Part shown: positions 1 through 8,198 of the stretch, piece by piece
Layout: each line of letters opens with the position of its first letter
How positions within the stretch are numbered: the stretch's first letter is position 1
NCBI GenBank assembly: GCA_902472585.1
Contig: CABROM010000001.1
Location: 221,864 to 285,863, forward strand
From: an uncultured Clostridium sp.
GTDB lineage: Bacteria > Cyanobacteriota > Vampirovibrionia > Gastranaerophilales > Gastranaerophilaceae
Length of the DNA: 64,000 nt
Reading direction: 5' to 3'
Program-made: the position numbers and the translations under genes
The notes under the pieces: model-generated
Databases searched by the model: none
What the model was told of the DNA's origin: nothing
Seen by the model: the letters and a program-made list of their open reading frames with translations, nothing else

Positions 1-1
1 G

Positions 2-313
2 TTTGCATCAGACCTTGACCAAGCAACTAAAAACCAATTATTAAGAGGTGAAAAACTTACAGAAGTATTAAAACAACCTCAATATAATCCTTTAAGCGTT
101 GCTGAACAGGTTACACTTCTTTATGCCGCAAACGAAGGCGTTTTAGATGATGTTGCAAATACTGATATTGCTAAATTCAAAAAAGAATGGGTAGCATACT
201 TGAATACTAATATGCAAGATCTTGTTTTAAGACTGAATGGCGGTGCAAAACTTGAAGATGCTGATAAAGAACAGTTGAACAAAGCATTGGCAAACTTTAA
301 AAAGACATTCTAA
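2..313 (+). CDS. atpA: F0F1 ATP synthase alpha subunit, C-terminal fragment (5' end outside window)
   Basis: Frame-2 translation ...LLRGEKLTEVLKQPQYNPLSVAEQVTLLYAANEGVLDD...KKTF* matches the conserved C-terminal helical domain of F1 alpha. It lies directly upstream of atpG in the conserved atpA-atpG order. Stop TAA at 311-313. Confidence 0.8.
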   Translation, partial: FASDLDQATKNQLLRGEKLTEVLKQPQYNPLSVAEQVTLLYAANEGVLDDVANTDIAKFKKEWVAYLNTNMQDLVLRLNGGAKLEDADKEQLNKALANFKKTF

Positions 314-378
314 TCGCAAAACAAAGAAAGGATAATAGTTTATAGAGCCAATAGGTATTTATAAGCTATGGTAAAGAA

Positions 379-1311
379 ATGGCAAACTTAAAAGACATAA
401 AAAACAGAATACAAAGCGTTAAAAGCACACAAAAGATTACGCGTGCGATGAAAATGGTTGCAGCAGCTAAAGTAAAAAAAGCTGAAAATACCGTTAAAGC
501 ATCACGTCCATTTACTTTTGAATTAACAGATATGTTTAAAAGGCTTCTTGCATCTGTTGGAACATACAGTGCTCAGAGTTTGAAAATCAAATCTGCAGTA
601 GACAATTATCCTGAACTTTTGCAGGTAAGAGATGTAAAAACAGTAGGTTTACTTGTAATTACATCTAATAAAGGTCTTGCAGGAGCTTACAACGCAAATA
701 TTGTAAGAAAGACTTTACAAACAATAAAAGAATATCAATCTCAAGGGATAAAAACAATTCTGTTTATTGTTGGTCAAAAAGGAATTTCTACTTTAAAGCG
801 CAAATGTAAAGACTATGATTGTGAGATTGCAAAAACATATCTTGGAGTTGCAAATGATCCGTCAGGAGAAGGTGCAAAGATTGTAATAGAAGATATTGCA
901 GAATATTTTGTCGGACATCAAATTGACAAAATAGAAGTTATTACAACAAGATTCAAAAATATGATGAGTTATTTTGTTGAAAATTGGACAATTTTGCCAT
1001 TAACAAACTTGCATAGTGAAGAAGAAAAACATCAAGATAATGTTATAGATCCATTAATGGAATTTATGCCTGATATGCATAACATCTTGCAAAAAGTTGT
1101 ACCAATGTATATGACAAATATCTTGTATCAAGCACTATTGGAAGCTCAAGCAAGTGAACTTGCAAGCAGAATGACAGCGATGTCAGCAGCTACAAGCAAT
1201 GCTGAAAAAATGATTAATGAGTTGTCAATTGAATACAATAAAACAAGACAATTTGCAATTACTCAAGAAATCATAGAAGTTGTTTCAGGTGCAAATGCTC
1301 AATTAGGATAA
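379..1311 (+). CDS. atpG: F0F1 ATP synthase gamma subunit
   Basis: N-terminus MANLKDIKNRIQSVKSTQKITRAMKMVAAAK is the classic gamma-subunit signature. Length 310 aa. C-terminal ...TQEIIEVVSGANA is conserved. Confidence 0.93.
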   Translation: MANLKDIKNRIQSVKSTQKITRAMKMVAAAKVKKAENTVKASRPFTFELTDMFKRLLASVGTYSAQSLKIKSAVDNYPELLQVRDVKTVGLLVITSNKGLAGAYNANIVRKTLQTIKEYQSQGIKTILFIVGQKGISTLKRKCKDYDCEIAKTYLGVANDPSGEGAKIVIEDIAEYFVGHQIDKIEVITTRFKNMMSYFVENWTILPLTNLHSEEEKHQDNVIDPLMEFMPDMHNILQKVVPMYMTNILYQALLEAQASELASRMTAMSAATSNAEKMINELSIEYNKTRQFAITQEIIEVVSGANAQLG

Positions 1312-1342
1312 ATTGTTATTTTGTATCATAAAATATATTAAA

Positions 1343-1381
1343 AAAAGTTTTGATAAGAAATTTATCAAAACTTTTTTATAT
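1343..1381 (+). terminator. Rho-independent terminator after atpG
   Basis: Inverted repeat aaagttttgataa...ttatcaaaacttt followed by a T-run. Confidence 0.6.
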
Positions 1382-1437
1382 ATTGACAAATTCTCAAAAA
1401 TATTAAATAATAAATATATAAATAGGAGGAAAACACG

Positions 1438-2116
1438 ATGAATAGAGCTTTTAGAATCGCCCCCCCCCGAAAAATTAAGATATAGCACAGGGGTTAAGGG
1501 GTTTACATTAGCAGAAGTATTGATTTCACTTGGTATTATTGGTATTGTTGCAGCTCTAACAATACCAGCACTTATTCAAAATACTAAAAAACAAGAAGCA
1601 AGTTCCAGAATAAAAAAATTCGTATCCGTAATAAATCAGGCACTTATATATGCAGAATTGGACTACGGATCTAGAGAAGATTGGAATATTGGCGAGACGG
1701 ATAGTTCAGATGCTGCATTCGATTTTTTAAATACATATATAAAACCTTACGTCAAAAGTTTTGACATTGAAAAACGACAATTATTAGGAAGGAATATGGC
1801 AACATTACGCTTTGTAGACGGTTCACAAATGAGTATTAAAATAGGCGCTTGTTATGATATTTATTATGACATAAATGGGGAAAAAGCTCCAAATGAGAAA
1901 GGTAGAGATATATACCCATTTATTCTATGCAGAAAAAGCGAAACTTGTAATGTGGCAAGTAATCAAGTTAGACCTTTTTACTGTATGCCAACAGGGACTC
2001 CATATCCAACGCATGAAGAATTGCTGAATGATTGCAAAAACGATGGGACATATTGCACTAAACTTCTTCAAGAAAACCAGTACGAATTTCCTAAAGATTA
2101 CCCCAAAAGGTTATAA
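1438..2116 (+). CDS. Type IV pilin-like protein (prepilin N-terminal cleavage/methylation domain). Reading frame interrupted at a poly-C tract, putative phase-variable gene currently OFF.
   Basis: ATG at 1438 with RBS aggagga 8 nt upstream encodes MNRAFRIAPPP..., then a stop at 1483. The +1 frame continues ...EKLRYSTGVKGFTLAEVLISLGIIGIVAALTIPALIQNT (class III signal peptide and hydrophobic alpha1 helix). There is no in-frame start between the stop at 1439 and the GFTLAEVL motif; the ORF-track TTG start at 1520 lies inside the mature pilin helix. Removing one C (8 C) or adding two (11 C) restores a single ORF. The Cys-rich C-terminus is typical of pilins. Confidence 0.75.
1460..1468 (+). repeat. 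Homopolymeric C9 tract (candidate slipped-strand phase-variation switch) inside the pilin leader-peptide coding region
   Basis: atcgc-ccccccccc-gaaaa read directly. G/C homopolymers of this length are highly non-random in this AT-rich sequence. Confidence 0.85.
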
Positions 2117-2120
2117 ACAA

Positions 2121-3875
2121 TTACATTCTACCGCTTAGAAAAGCTAAGTTTTCTGGTTTAATCATTGCCTGATATTGTTCATTCAATGTTGGAGAAGCTG
2201 CATTTGCTTTTGCATGTTGCTCAGATTTGTTTGCATTTGTTGCTGTTTCTGCTGCTGTTCCTTGATTTTGAGCTTTTGCAGCTGCAAGTTTTGCTTTACG
2301 TTTTTGTTCAGATTTATCTGTCATATAAATATTCAATCTAGGAATACCTGCACCTAATACAAGTCCTGAATACAAGTAACCTGCAACTTGAGCAATATTT
2401 AATGCTTTTAACTTTCCTTTTGTTTCTTTTCTTATTGCTTCATTAACTTGAGCTGAAGAAAGTTTTTGCATTAATTGTTTAAATGAAAGAGCTTTGCCAT
2501 TTTCAATAGGGTTAATACCAGCTGCTTTCAAGCCTCTATGCAAAACTTCATCTCTTGTAACCAAAGGAGCTTTTATAACCTTGTTGAAGAAGCCTTTACC
2601 ATGTTCTTTTTCACTGTAATTCAAAAGATTTTGATCAATAGCATTAGCAGCTATTTTAGCAACAAAGTTACCTAAAATAAGCCAGTTAAAGAAGCCTAAA
2701 ACATCTTTTACAACAGATTCTCTAAGTTCATCCTTATCACGTGCAACTATAAATCTTGACATGATTGTTACACCATAAATAAACTTAAATTGATCTAATG
2801 TAGGAACAAGACCTTTAAATTGAATTTTCTTTAAAATACCTTTAAATCCGCCACGCATACCTAATGATGCTAAAATACCACCACCAAATAATGCAGCAGC
2901 ACCGACTTTTAATGCTTTAAAGCCTGCTGAATAATCTTTTTCACGGCCTTCAACACCTACAAATCCGTCACTACCTGTCTTTTTCTTAGTCAAATAAATG
3001 TTCAAAGGTTGAATTGACATACCGACAGCAGATGCAATACCAATACCGAGAACTGAACGTCCAAGGTTCATATGTTTTAAATCTGCAATATATTTATTAA
3101 CTTTAAAATCTTTTGCAAATTCTTTTGCAATATTTTCATTTTTATTAACAAATGTACGAGAAACATTATAAACACTTTCAATAATGTTTTCCAAAGATGC
3201 AGTAGCAGCATCTTTACCAAGTCTGAATGTATTTTCAGAACCTGTTGCATTTGTAATTACTGAACGTGCGTATGCCTTCAAATCCTTAGAAATTGTTACA
3301 GGAGCTTCTTCTTTATTCAATACTTGAGAGAATTTTTCTACAACATCATCAACGTTATTTTCAGGGATTTTTATCCAATCATCACCGATACGAGTTTCTG
3401 CAGAACCAAATACATCTTTCAAATAAGCCTGTAATGGTTCTTTATTTCCGGCTTTAACTTGCTTATCCCAAGCTTTACCTAAAAGCTGAATAGTATCATC
3501 ATCAACAAATATTTTATGAGCCTTAACACCATATTTTTTATTTAATGCAGCAGCAATTGCAACACCAGCAAGAGTACCATAAACCCCAACTAAAGAATGG
3601 TTAATTGTACCGGAAGCTTCTCTTCTACCTGTTTCCATACCTGCAGCCGGGCCTCTTTTAACCATATCAATTGTAGTACGAGGGATTACCATAGATCCTA
3701 AATCCACAGCATTTGCACCCCAAGCCTGGTTTGTGTCTAAAAATCTTAAAAATACAGTTGCAGCATCAAAAGCACCTGTAAATTTTACATTATCATTGCT
3801 ATTTTGTTTGTAATTTTCTAAATTTTGTTTATGTTGTACTTGTTGTAATTGTGGGGCAATTTGTTGAATTTTCAT
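2121..3875 (-). CDS. Hypothetical 584-aa protein, paralog A of a tandem pair, with Gly-rich hydrophobic segments; family not recognised
   Basis: Long ORF with a good RBS (aaggagaaaataaatt before ATG). Clear similarity to the adjacent ORF 3890..5677, for example IPRT...GRREASGTI vs IPRT...FRRESSGLI, QFKGLVPTLDQF vs QFKGIFPTMDQA, DELRESVVKDV vs NELRESTVRDI. Confidence 0.7.
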   Translation of the reverse strand: MKIQQIAPQLQQVQHKQNLENYKQNSNDNVKFTGAFDAATVFLRFLDTNQAWGANAVDLGSMVIPRTTIDMVKRGPAAGMETGRREASGTINHSLVGVYGTLAGVAIAAALNKKYGVKAHKIFVDDDTIQLLGKAWDKQVKAGNKEPLQAYLKDVFGSAETRIGDDWIKIPENNVDDVVEKFSQVLNKEEAPVTISKDLKAYARSVITNATGSENTFRLGKDAATASLENIIESVYNVSRTFVNKNENIAKEFAKDFKVNKYIADLKHMNLGRSVLGIGIASAVGMSIQPLNIYLTKKKTGSDGFVGVEGREKDYSAGFKALKVGAAALFGGGILASLGMRGGFKGILKKIQFKGLVPTLDQFKFIYGVTIMSRFIVARDKDELRESVVKDVLGFFNWLILGNFVAKIAANAIDQNLLNYSEKEHGKGFFNKVIKAPLVTRDEVLHRGLKAAGINPIENGKALSFKQLMQKLSSAQVNEAIRKETKGKLKALNIAQVAGYLYSGLVLGAGIPRLNIYMTDKSEQKRKAKLAAAKAQNQGTAAETATNANKSEQHAKANAASPTLNEQYQAMIKPENLAFLSGRM

Positions 3876-3889
3876 AATTTATTTTCTCC

Positions 3890-5677
3890 TTACGAATTGA
3901 AAAATGACTTAAACGCTGTGTTATCCTTGACTAATGACCTTGTAAATTCATCATTTAGAACGGTTGATGAAGTTTCGGTCATTGCGGACGAGGAGGATGT
4001 TCGTCCGGATGAGGACGTTGTCGCGTTTAATGAAGCCGAATTATTTTGCTTTTCAGCTTCCAATTTCGCAAGTTCTGCAGCATGTCTTTTATTTATTGTC
4101 GTCCTAGTGTATAATGGGATGAACACTCCTAACGACAACAATGAGAATACAATATTACCGATTTGACAAATTGTTCTCATACGTTTGTCATTATGAGTTG
4201 CAAGTTCATCAGAAGATTTTAAAGATGTATGTTTGGCCCAATGCCAGAATTTTTTCATAAAGCTAGCATTTTTATCAGGTTCAGGTTTCAATCTGTTTAT
4301 CAAATGAATACCATCTTTTTTATGCTTATGTTCCAAAAATGTTGCAATACCTTTAGCAAGGTAATCTCCTAAGAAATAAAAACTTGAGAATGTAGCAATA
4401 TCACGAACTGTTGATTCTCGTAATTCATTTCTATCTTCAGAAGACCCCATACGGCTTGCAAATGTTGCGGTTGAAATTAATCTTGCCTGATCCATAGTAG
4501 GGAAAATACCTTTAAATTGCAAGATATTTTTCAATATAGGTTTGTCCATAAACATAGATAAACCGCATACTCCGAGCATTGAACCAATAGAAATAAATTT
4601 TTGAGCTAAAAGTTCTTTTTTTTCTTTTGGAGATAATTCTTTATGTTCTGTTTCTTTATTAAAATCTTTATAAATCGGAGCACCTTTTCTACCGGATGTC
4701 TTACGAGTAATCCATCTGTTAATAGGCTGCATAGAAATAGCAAGCGGAATAATTAATCCTAAACCGCCAATACTCTTCCAATTTACAAGTTTTTTAGCTC
4801 TATTAAAGTATTTAGAAAGTTCATTTGCATCTGTAATATTTTCTTTTATAACACCACGAATCATTTTAACTGTATCTTCACACATTGATTCAAGGTTGTT
4901 AGAGAAGAAGCCTTTATCACCTTTGAATTTAATATTTTCGGCAATTAATGTTTCTTCTACAATATTACGATAAGCCTTTTTAAACTGTTTTGAACTGTAT
5001 TTATCAGAAGTTACAAGATTTACAAATTCATTTACGGCATTATGAACTTTTTCATTACCGATTTTACCTACAAACTTGCCGTTTGCATCATGTTTTATCT
5101 TAAGAAGTTCATCGAAATGTTTTGTTTCATGTCCATCTACACCGGAAATACTACCAAGTTCATTTCTGAAAGTATTATAAATTTTTTCTTCTTTTGTTGC
5201 TCCTTCAGCTTCTGAATAGAATTTATGAATTTTATCTATTGCATCGCCATTTGCCCAAGTATTAATAAGATTAGACTTCTTGAAACTACCCATAATAGGA
5301 CGGTGTAAAAGAGATGCAACCCCCATAACAATAAAGCTTGGGATTAAGCAGTTAACAATTAAACCTGAAGACTCACGTCTAAAAGCTTCAAAACCAGCAT
5401 AACCGTTTGATTCTTTAGTTTCTACAATCGTACGAGGAATAATAGCTGTTGACAAATCCAATACAGAAACATTTACCATTGGTTGTTTTTCACACTGCTG
5501 AACCAATAAAATTGGCAAATCAGCTAAACCGCCTTTAAATGCCGGATTATTTTTCGCATTATTATCCCTATTTGGGGCACTATTATTATTTTTATTATTT
5601 ACACTTAATAAACTAACTTTTTCTATCATAATATAGTCTGGTTTAAAAACTTCACACCTATTATAACAATGACACAC
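3890..5677 (-). CDS. Hypothetical ~580-595-aa protein, paralog B of the tandem pair (start uncertain; likely ATG MIEKVSLL... near 5629)
   Basis: Paralogous to 2121..3875. A 14-bp gap to the downstream paralog suggests one operon. N-terminal Asn/Lys-rich low-complexity stretch. Confidence 0.65.
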   Translation of the reverse strand: MCHCYNRCEVFKPDYIMIEKVSLLSVNNKNNNSAPNRDNNAKNNPAFKGGLADLPILLVQQCEKQPMVNVSVLDLSTAIIPRTIVETKESNGYAGFEAFRRESSGLIVNCLIPSFIVMGVASLLHRPIMGSFKKSNLINTWANGDAIDKIHKFYSEAEGATKEEKIYNTFRNELGSISGVDGHETKHFDELLKIKHDANGKFVGKIGNEKVHNAVNEFVNLVTSDKYSSKQFKKAYRNIVEETLIAENIKFKGDKGFFSNNLESMCEDTVKMIRGVIKENITDANELSKYFNRAKKLVNWKSIGGLGLIIPLAISMQPINRWITRKTSGRKGAPIYKDFNKETEHKELSPKEKKELLAQKFISIGSMLGVCGLSMFMDKPILKNILQFKGIFPTMDQARLISTATFASRMGSSEDRNELRESTVRDIATFSSFYFLGDYLAKGIATFLEHKHKKDGIHLINRLKPEPDKNASFMKKFWHWAKHTSLKSSDELATHNDKRMRTICQIGNIVFSLLSLGVFIPLYTRTTINKRHAAELAKLEAEKQNNSASLNATTSSSGRTSSSSAMTETSSTVLNDEFTRSLVKDNTAFKSFFNS

Positions 5678-5926
5678 TAATATTAAAAGTCAGGCAAAAA
5701 AAAAATTGCCATAATAACTGCTAATGTTAAGGAGATATTAAGAGCACTTTTTGAATTTTTTATTAAAAATAGATGTATTTTAAACAAAATTTTTATTTTT
5801 TTTGAAAAAAACTCTAAAAAAAATAATCAAAATATGCAAAAATTAAAAAAAAATTCACACAAATTTTTTGTAAATAATTGTAACAATTACGATTAATATT
5901 GAAAAATAGTATAGACAAAATATATA

Positions 5927-7333
5927 CTACACGTAATTTTTAACAAATTCTATGGCATGGTCTTTTGTCAAAACATCACCTGAAATTTGTGCTTCATGTA
6001 AAGCATCCATAATTTCACCAAGACGTTTTGAAGGTTTTATGTTCAATATTTTCATAACCTCATTACCGTCTAACAATTTTGGTAATGGTTTTAAGGTTTC
6101 ACGAGCTTCAAGATAGAATTTTAAAAGCATATTTAATGATGTTATATTACGTTCAACAATTTCATCCGTAATCTCAGGGCCACGTGCAGATAATCTGTCA
6201 GCTTGAGCAAGAATAATTGCATCGATAGCATTTTTATCCATTTTTCTCACATATCTCATCATAATTTTTTCGGTAATCTGAGGAGAATTCATTACATGAG
6301 ACGGATAAATATGATACTTAATCATTGATGAAATATAATCAATCTGTTTATTTGAAAAATGCAGTTTCTTTAATATCTTTATAGACATTTTTGCACCAAC
6401 ATCATCGTGTTTTATAAAACGATGCTTGCCTTCTTCAATTGTCCATGTAGAAAATTTCCCGATATCGTGCATAAATGCAGCAAGCTTCAAATGAGCAAGT
6501 CGAGAAAATCCACCAAAATCGATACGATCTAAATGCTCTTTTACAACATCAGAAGCATTTTCATACAATAATTGAACCTGTTTAACAGTTTCAATCGAAT
6601 GATGAAACAAGTCTAAATGATGATGAGAATTTGGCGGAACTTGTTTCAATTCATTTACAAAAGGAAAGATTTCTTCTAAAAGCCAAGTTTTATTCATATT
6701 TTCAAGAGCTTGATGAGCATACTTTCCACTAAACAGTTTCAAAACCTCATAATTAATTCTTTCAACCGCAGGCTTATGAATTAAATCAACATACTTGCAA
6801 ACAGCGTTAATCGTTTCAGGAGCCAACTGAAATCCGTACAATGCCTGAAATCTGTAAACTCTTAAAAGCCTTAAAGGATCATCTATAAAATTGTGTTCAT
6901 TAACATAATTAATGCACTTATTTTTAATATCCGTAACCCCGCCTGAAATATCAATTACATCACCTGTTCTGATGTTAACGGCAATTGCATTAATAGTTAA
7001 ATCTCTCCTCATCAAATCTTTTTCAATAGAATCACCAACAGGATTTGTTACATCAATATAATTAATTTTGTCAGGCAAAACAAGTCTGTAAATCTTATTT
7101 TCTTCATCTAAAGGTACAAAAGTCGCATTAAATAAATCTGCTAGTTTTAGAGCAAATTCTCTTGCATCTTCATCCATAACAATTATATCTCTGTCAACAC
7201 TTTCAAGCCCCATATAATAATCACGGACAGTTCCACCAACAAGATAAATTTCATTATCAAAATTTTCTGCTATTTTTGAGATTACATCATCCAATTTAAT
7301 TTTTTCTATAATTTTCGAATTCATAAACCACAT
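5927..7333 (-). CDS. cca: CCA-adding tRNA nucleotidyltransferase / poly(A) polymerase family with HD domain
   Basis: The LVGGTVRDYYMG...DRDIIV nucleotidyltransferase motif, followed by the HD-domain motif (FMHDIGK). Confidence 0.85.
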   Translation of the reverse strand: MWFMNSKIIEKIKLDDVISKIAENFDNEIYLVGGTVRDYYMGLESVDRDIIVMDEDAREFALKLADLFNATFVPLDEENKIYRLVLPDKINYIDVTNPVGDSIEKDLMRRDLTINAIAVNIRTGDVIDISGGVTDIKNKCINYVNEHNFIDDPLRLLRVYRFQALYGFQLAPETINAVCKYVDLIHKPAVERINYEVLKLFSGKYAHQALENMNKTWLLEEIFPFVNELKQVPPNSHHHLDLFHHSIETVKQVQLLYENASDVVKEHLDRIDFGGFSRLAHLKLAAFMHDIGKFSTWTIEEGKHRFIKHDDVGAKMSIKILKKLHFSNKQIDYISSMIKYHIYPSHVMNSPQITEKIMMRYVRKMDKNAIDAIILAQADRLSARGPEITDEIVERNITSLNMLLKFYLEARETLKPLPKLLDGNEVMKILNIKPSKRLGEIMDALHEAQISGDVLTKDHAIEFVKNYV

Positions 7334-8051
7334 TTCCTAACGCGACTGTAACTGCAGTATCTGCTTTTAAAATAAGATTACCTAAGGTTAGCATTGCGAC
7401 ATCATTATCTTCAAAAAGTTTAAATTCTCTTTCTGAAAAACCACCTTCAGGACCAATAATTATTATAACATTTTCATTATCTTTAATAGGATTTTCACTA
7501 CAATATTTATGGAGTGTAAGTTCTGCACATCTTTCACAAAATGCAATAACTCTATATCCTTTATCTTTTAATTTTACAATATTTTCTAAATTAGTCAACT
7601 CATAACATGTGGGAATATATGCTCTTTCGCACTGCTTAGAAGCTTCAAACATGATTCTTTGCCATTTTGGGATTTTCTTTTGAATAACAGCTTGACTAAT
7701 AGCGCAATTATCAGTGTAAACAGGATAAACCCCATCCGCACCAAGTTCGGTTGCTTTTTCAATAATTTCTGATTGAGCATCACTCCTGAGCGGACTTTGC
7801 GCAAGATATAATCGAAAATTAAGTTTTCTATCCGAGTGATAAGAATTTTCAACATGAGCCGTTATAACCTTATTTGTAATATCTGTTACAACAGTTTCAT
7901 ACTGAATTTGATTTTCGTCAATAAGAAGTAATTTTTCTCCAACCTTAGTTCTTAAAGATTTTGCAATATGGTTATAATTTTCTTTATCAGAGATTATAAT
8001 ATTATTATCCTTAACATCTTTGGAACTTATAAAAAAATGCGGCATAATCAC
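7296..8051 (-). CDS. rsmE: 16S rRNA (uracil1498-N3)-methyltransferase RsmE
   Basis: RsmE-like N-terminal PUA-like region and C-terminal IIIIGPEGGFSEREF SPOUT motif. Overlaps the cca start. Confidence 0.8.
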   Translation of the reverse strand: MIMPHFFISSKDVKDNNIIISDKENYNHIAKSLRTKVGEKLLLIDENQIQYETVVTDITNKVITAHVENSYHSDRKLNFRLYLAQSPLRSDAQSEIIEKATELGADGVYPVYTDNCAISQAVIQKKIPKWQRIMFEASKQCERAYIPTCYELTNLENIVKLKDKGYRVIAFCERCAELTLHKYCSENPIKDNENVIIIIGPEGGFSEREFKLFEDNDVAMLTLGNLILKADTAVTVALGNVVYEFENYRKN

Positions 8052-8198
8052 TCCTTTTATTAACGTAATTGTACTATAAACATAAACAAAATTTTAAGAA
8101 ATTAATCTTTATAAACTCTTAACTTGAAAAAATATTATTACTGATATAAAATTAAAGTGTACAATTTACACTAAACAAAATATTAATGGCAGGTAATT

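Noticed and set aside
1520-2116. ORF-track version of the first pilin gene, starting at TTG 1520
   Set aside because: That start lies inside the mature pilin alpha-helix, downstream of the GFTLAEVL cleavage motif. A functional prepilin needs a leader ending in Gly before Phe+1, so the real gene must begin upstream (ATG 1438) and requires a frame change at the C-tract.
2175-2357. Cys-rich 60-aa ORF on + strand; similar short ORFs at 3849..4166, 7595..7855, 8438..8815, 9053..9277, 12468..12824, 14814..15095, 19250..19747, 19754..20104, 23954..24151, 27101..27524, 28874..29599, 30121..30432, 32249..32494, 33386..33609, 36285..37028, 41644..42620, 43629..44243, 53046..53663, 56245..56511, 58682..58864, 60351..60575, 62907..63194
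   Set aside because: All are embedded antisense or out of frame inside long, well-supported genes. They have low-complexity or codon-mirror composition with no RBS. Typical shadow ORFs in AT-rich DNA.
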